Below are positions 63,789 through 64,000 of a stretch of 64,000 nucleotides of DNA, piece after piece. Under the pieces are notes generated by a model. The model saw only the letters and a list, made by a program, of their open reading frames with translations. It made no database searches and was not told where the DNA came from. The position numbers and the translations under genes are program-made. Each line of letters begins with the position of its first letter. Positions within the stretch are counted from its first letter, which is position 1. Source of the DNA: a virus (taxonomy: Duplodnaviria > Caudoviricetes); the IMG/VR virus record IMGVR_UViG_3300029288_005816, positions 26,755-90,754 of that record. The stretch is one strand, 5' to 3'.

Positions 63789-64000
63789 ATGTTAATAAAA
63801 AATAATAAAACAAAAGGCTATTACTTTCACTATAAAGTTGGAGGCAAAATTTTTAAGCATTTCATTCCAGCATTAACTACTGTTGAAATTGCAAATTTAA
63901 CAAATACATCTCAAATTGTATCTAGTGCATATGACCGCAGAATAAGACATATTGAGGATAAATTTGGTTATAATTTTGATACTGTGTTCGAAATCCCTGG
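63789..64000 (+). CDS. Paralog of 61267-63699, truncated by the window end
   Basis: MLIKNNKTKGYYFHYKV...YDRRIRHIEDKFGYNFDTVFEIP near-identical to the upstream N-terminus; upstream region also duplicated. Confidence 0.85.
   Translation, partial: MLIKNNKTKGYYFHYKVGGKIFKHFIPALTTVEIANLTNTSQIVSSAYDRRIRHIEDKFGYNFDTVFEIP

Noticed and set aside
61267-64000. Diversity-generating retroelement TR/VR pair
   Set aside because: Differences between the two N-termini are mostly synonymous C/T changes rather than adenine-specific, and no reverse transcriptase is in the window
1-64000. Stop-codon reassignment (code 15 or 4)
   Set aside because: Long conserved genes are intact under code 11, TAG and TGA end plausible ORFs, and no suppressor tRNA was seen
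1-64000. Ordinary bacterial chromosome segment
   Set aside because: No intact housekeeping operons; dense small ORFs, many free-standing nucleases, CCA-less tRNA clusters and virion-gene fragments favour a phage, though this is not proven without the rest of the contig

Overview
Very AT-rich, gene-dense window best explained as part of a jumbo (huge) phage genome infecting Bacteroidota. This is inferred from the Bacteroidota-type RpoD and ClpP, TAnnTTTG host promoters, tRNA clusters, many free-standing endonucleases, and terminase- and tail-sheath-like fragments; no complete virion genes lie in the window. Most genes are on the minus strand; nuclease cassettes and LRR proteins are on the plus strand. 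Recognisable content: an ABC transporter/porin/PspA-like operon, MazG-NadD fusion, CYTH, sigma-70, CoaD, ClpP, MBL and 2H phosphoesterases, ADP-ribosylglycohydrolase, YqeY, an RlaP-like nucleotidyltransferase, DnaJ, two 3'-5' exonucleases, KptA/Tpt1, HD hydrolase, RtcB, dCMP deaminase, thioredoxin, radical SAM, an ART-like protein, BspA-type LRR proteins and about 14 tRNA or tRNA-like genes. Features not explained by the ORF track, all read by eye: (1) a circularly permuted two-piece tmRNA at about 9640-9910; (2) an integron-like array of attC-type hairpins at about 31.7-34.0 kb with no integrase in the window, where several genes start inside the upstream attC loop; (3) an RNase P RNA gene at about 38781-39140; (4) an 18-copy WAAC-N16-CGTA promoter motif; (5) four RHH+endonuclease cassettes; (6) boxA-containing tRNA leaders. 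No database search or folding program was run, so all family calls rest on motif recognition.
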